From a virus (Duplodnaviria; Caudoviricetes), in IMG/VR virus record IMGVR_UViG_3300031519_000082, positions 1-36,535 of that record: 36,535 bases of DNA. One strand, written 5' to 3'. The stretch's first letter is position 1. Each line of letters begins with the position of its first letter. The notes beneath the pieces were generated by a model. That model had not been told where the DNA came from, made no database searches, and saw only the letters and a list, made by a program, of their open reading frames with translations. Positions 35,826-36,535 of the stretch are shown in pieces. A program made the position numbers and the translations under genes.

Positions 35826-35989
35826 TATTTCTTTAGTAGTTCTTTGATTACCTTGATGGCGGATGCGGACATATAGATGAATGTCGCTAGTCCTACGCAG
35901 AAACCAAGGGTTCCATTGACGGGAGAAAGTTCAACTGTAGCGATAAAGCCCCCTGTTCCGATTGTTGATTTGTAGATAATGTCTTGCAT
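35825..35989 (-). CDS. Small membrane protein (holin-like; not in ORF track)
   Basis: MQDIIYKSTIGTGGFIATVELSPVNGTLGFCVGLATFIYMSASAIKVIKELLKK; TAATG coupling. Confidence 0.6.
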   Translation of the reverse strand: MQDIIYKSTIGTGGFIATVELSPVNGTLGFCVGLATFIYMSASAIKVIKELLKK

Positions 35990-35994
35990 AGCGT

Positions 35995-36237
35995 TTAGTC
36001 GTCGTCAGGGTCAGGTAGGGGTGTATAGTGATCAACGGTTGATGACTCCTCGGACTCGTCCAAGTCGTAGTTAGTTACGTCCAATGCCCACATATGGTCA
36101 GCAGTTTCAGCAGGGTAGGTAAGCCAGCGTGTGCCTTGACCATTGTCCTCAATCCAGTAATCAAAGCCAAGTTCCTTGCCTTCTTCGTCGGCACGTTCAA
36201 TGGCGGCTTCTTTGCTTGCGTATATTAAGTAAAGCAT
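35995..36237 (-). CDS. Small acidic protein downstream of the RBP (possible fibre chaperone)
   Basis: 80 aa, TAATG-coupled to the RBP C-terminus. Confidence 0.65.
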   Translation of the reverse strand: MLYLIYASKEAAIERADEEGKELGFDYWIEDNGQGTRWLTYPAETADHMWALDVTNYDLDESEESSTVDHYTPLPDPDDD

Positions 36238-36535
36238 TAAAATATTGAGTAGTGGCTGTTAATGTTAGTTTCTACGGCTGTGCGATCAGCGGATTTGTCA
36301 GTATTGTAAAGAACGAGTTCGGCGATTTCTCCCGCAAAAAACAATGCACCAGAACTAAAACTTCTAGACCCAATTCTGGGAGCAGTTGTAACACTCAGAG
36401 TTTCCGTATTGGATGCCGTATCAAGAGTGCCTCCGTCAATACCTATAGCAACATCAGAACTTGTTTTAAATGCTGATACCAGTGATGTATCGGTGCTTGC
36501 TGATAATTGAGCTAGAGGTGAATTAGAATCAAAAA
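36237..36535 (-). CDS. C-terminal part of a LamG-like tail/receptor-binding protein (enters from the right end)
   Basis: Open frame ...PRIGSRSFSSGALFFAGEIAELVLYNTDKSADRTAVETNINSHYSIF*; G.IAE..LY is the typical end of this fold. Confidence 0.75.
   Translation of the reverse strand, partial: FDSNSPLAQLSASTDTSLVSAFKTSSDVAIGIDGGTLDTASNTETLSVTTAPRIGSRSFSSGALFFAGEIAELVLYNTDKSADRTAVETNINSHYSIF

Noticed and set aside
1-36535. Diversity-generating retroelement acting on the RBP
   Set aside because: No reverse transcriptase and no template/variable repeat pair seen.

Overview
This window is a near-complete, circularly permuted genome of a ~36.5 kb tailed phage with podovirus-like architecture. The minus strand carries packaging and virion genes: terS, terL, portal, scaffold, major capsid, decoration, adaptor, receptor-binding protein, holin-like genes, small basic proteins, nozzle, fibres and internal virion proteins including a 2215-aa multidomain protein. 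The plus strand carries early and replication genes: small acidic ORFs, a SleB-type hydrolase, a DUF5664-type nucleotide hydrolase, a PD-(D/E)XK exonuclease, endonuclease VII, ERF, DnaB and a DnaA-C-like HTH. Both contig ends fall inside what looks like one receptor-binding gene. I recognised no DNA polymerase, primase, RNA polymerase, integrase, tRNA or CRISPR array. The most unusual part is 10.0-12.4 kb, which holds several nested motif arrays, a promoter followed by a boxA-like motif and a ~200-nt multibranched leader RNA, and an array of small genes each preceded by a conserved two-hairpin element with compensatory base changes. Also notable are a second copy of the promoter-plus-TCCTTAAGGA-palindrome locus at 14.3 kb and a PAPS-reductase-fold gene between two ejection-protein genes. 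All family calls come from recognising motifs by eye, not from database searches.
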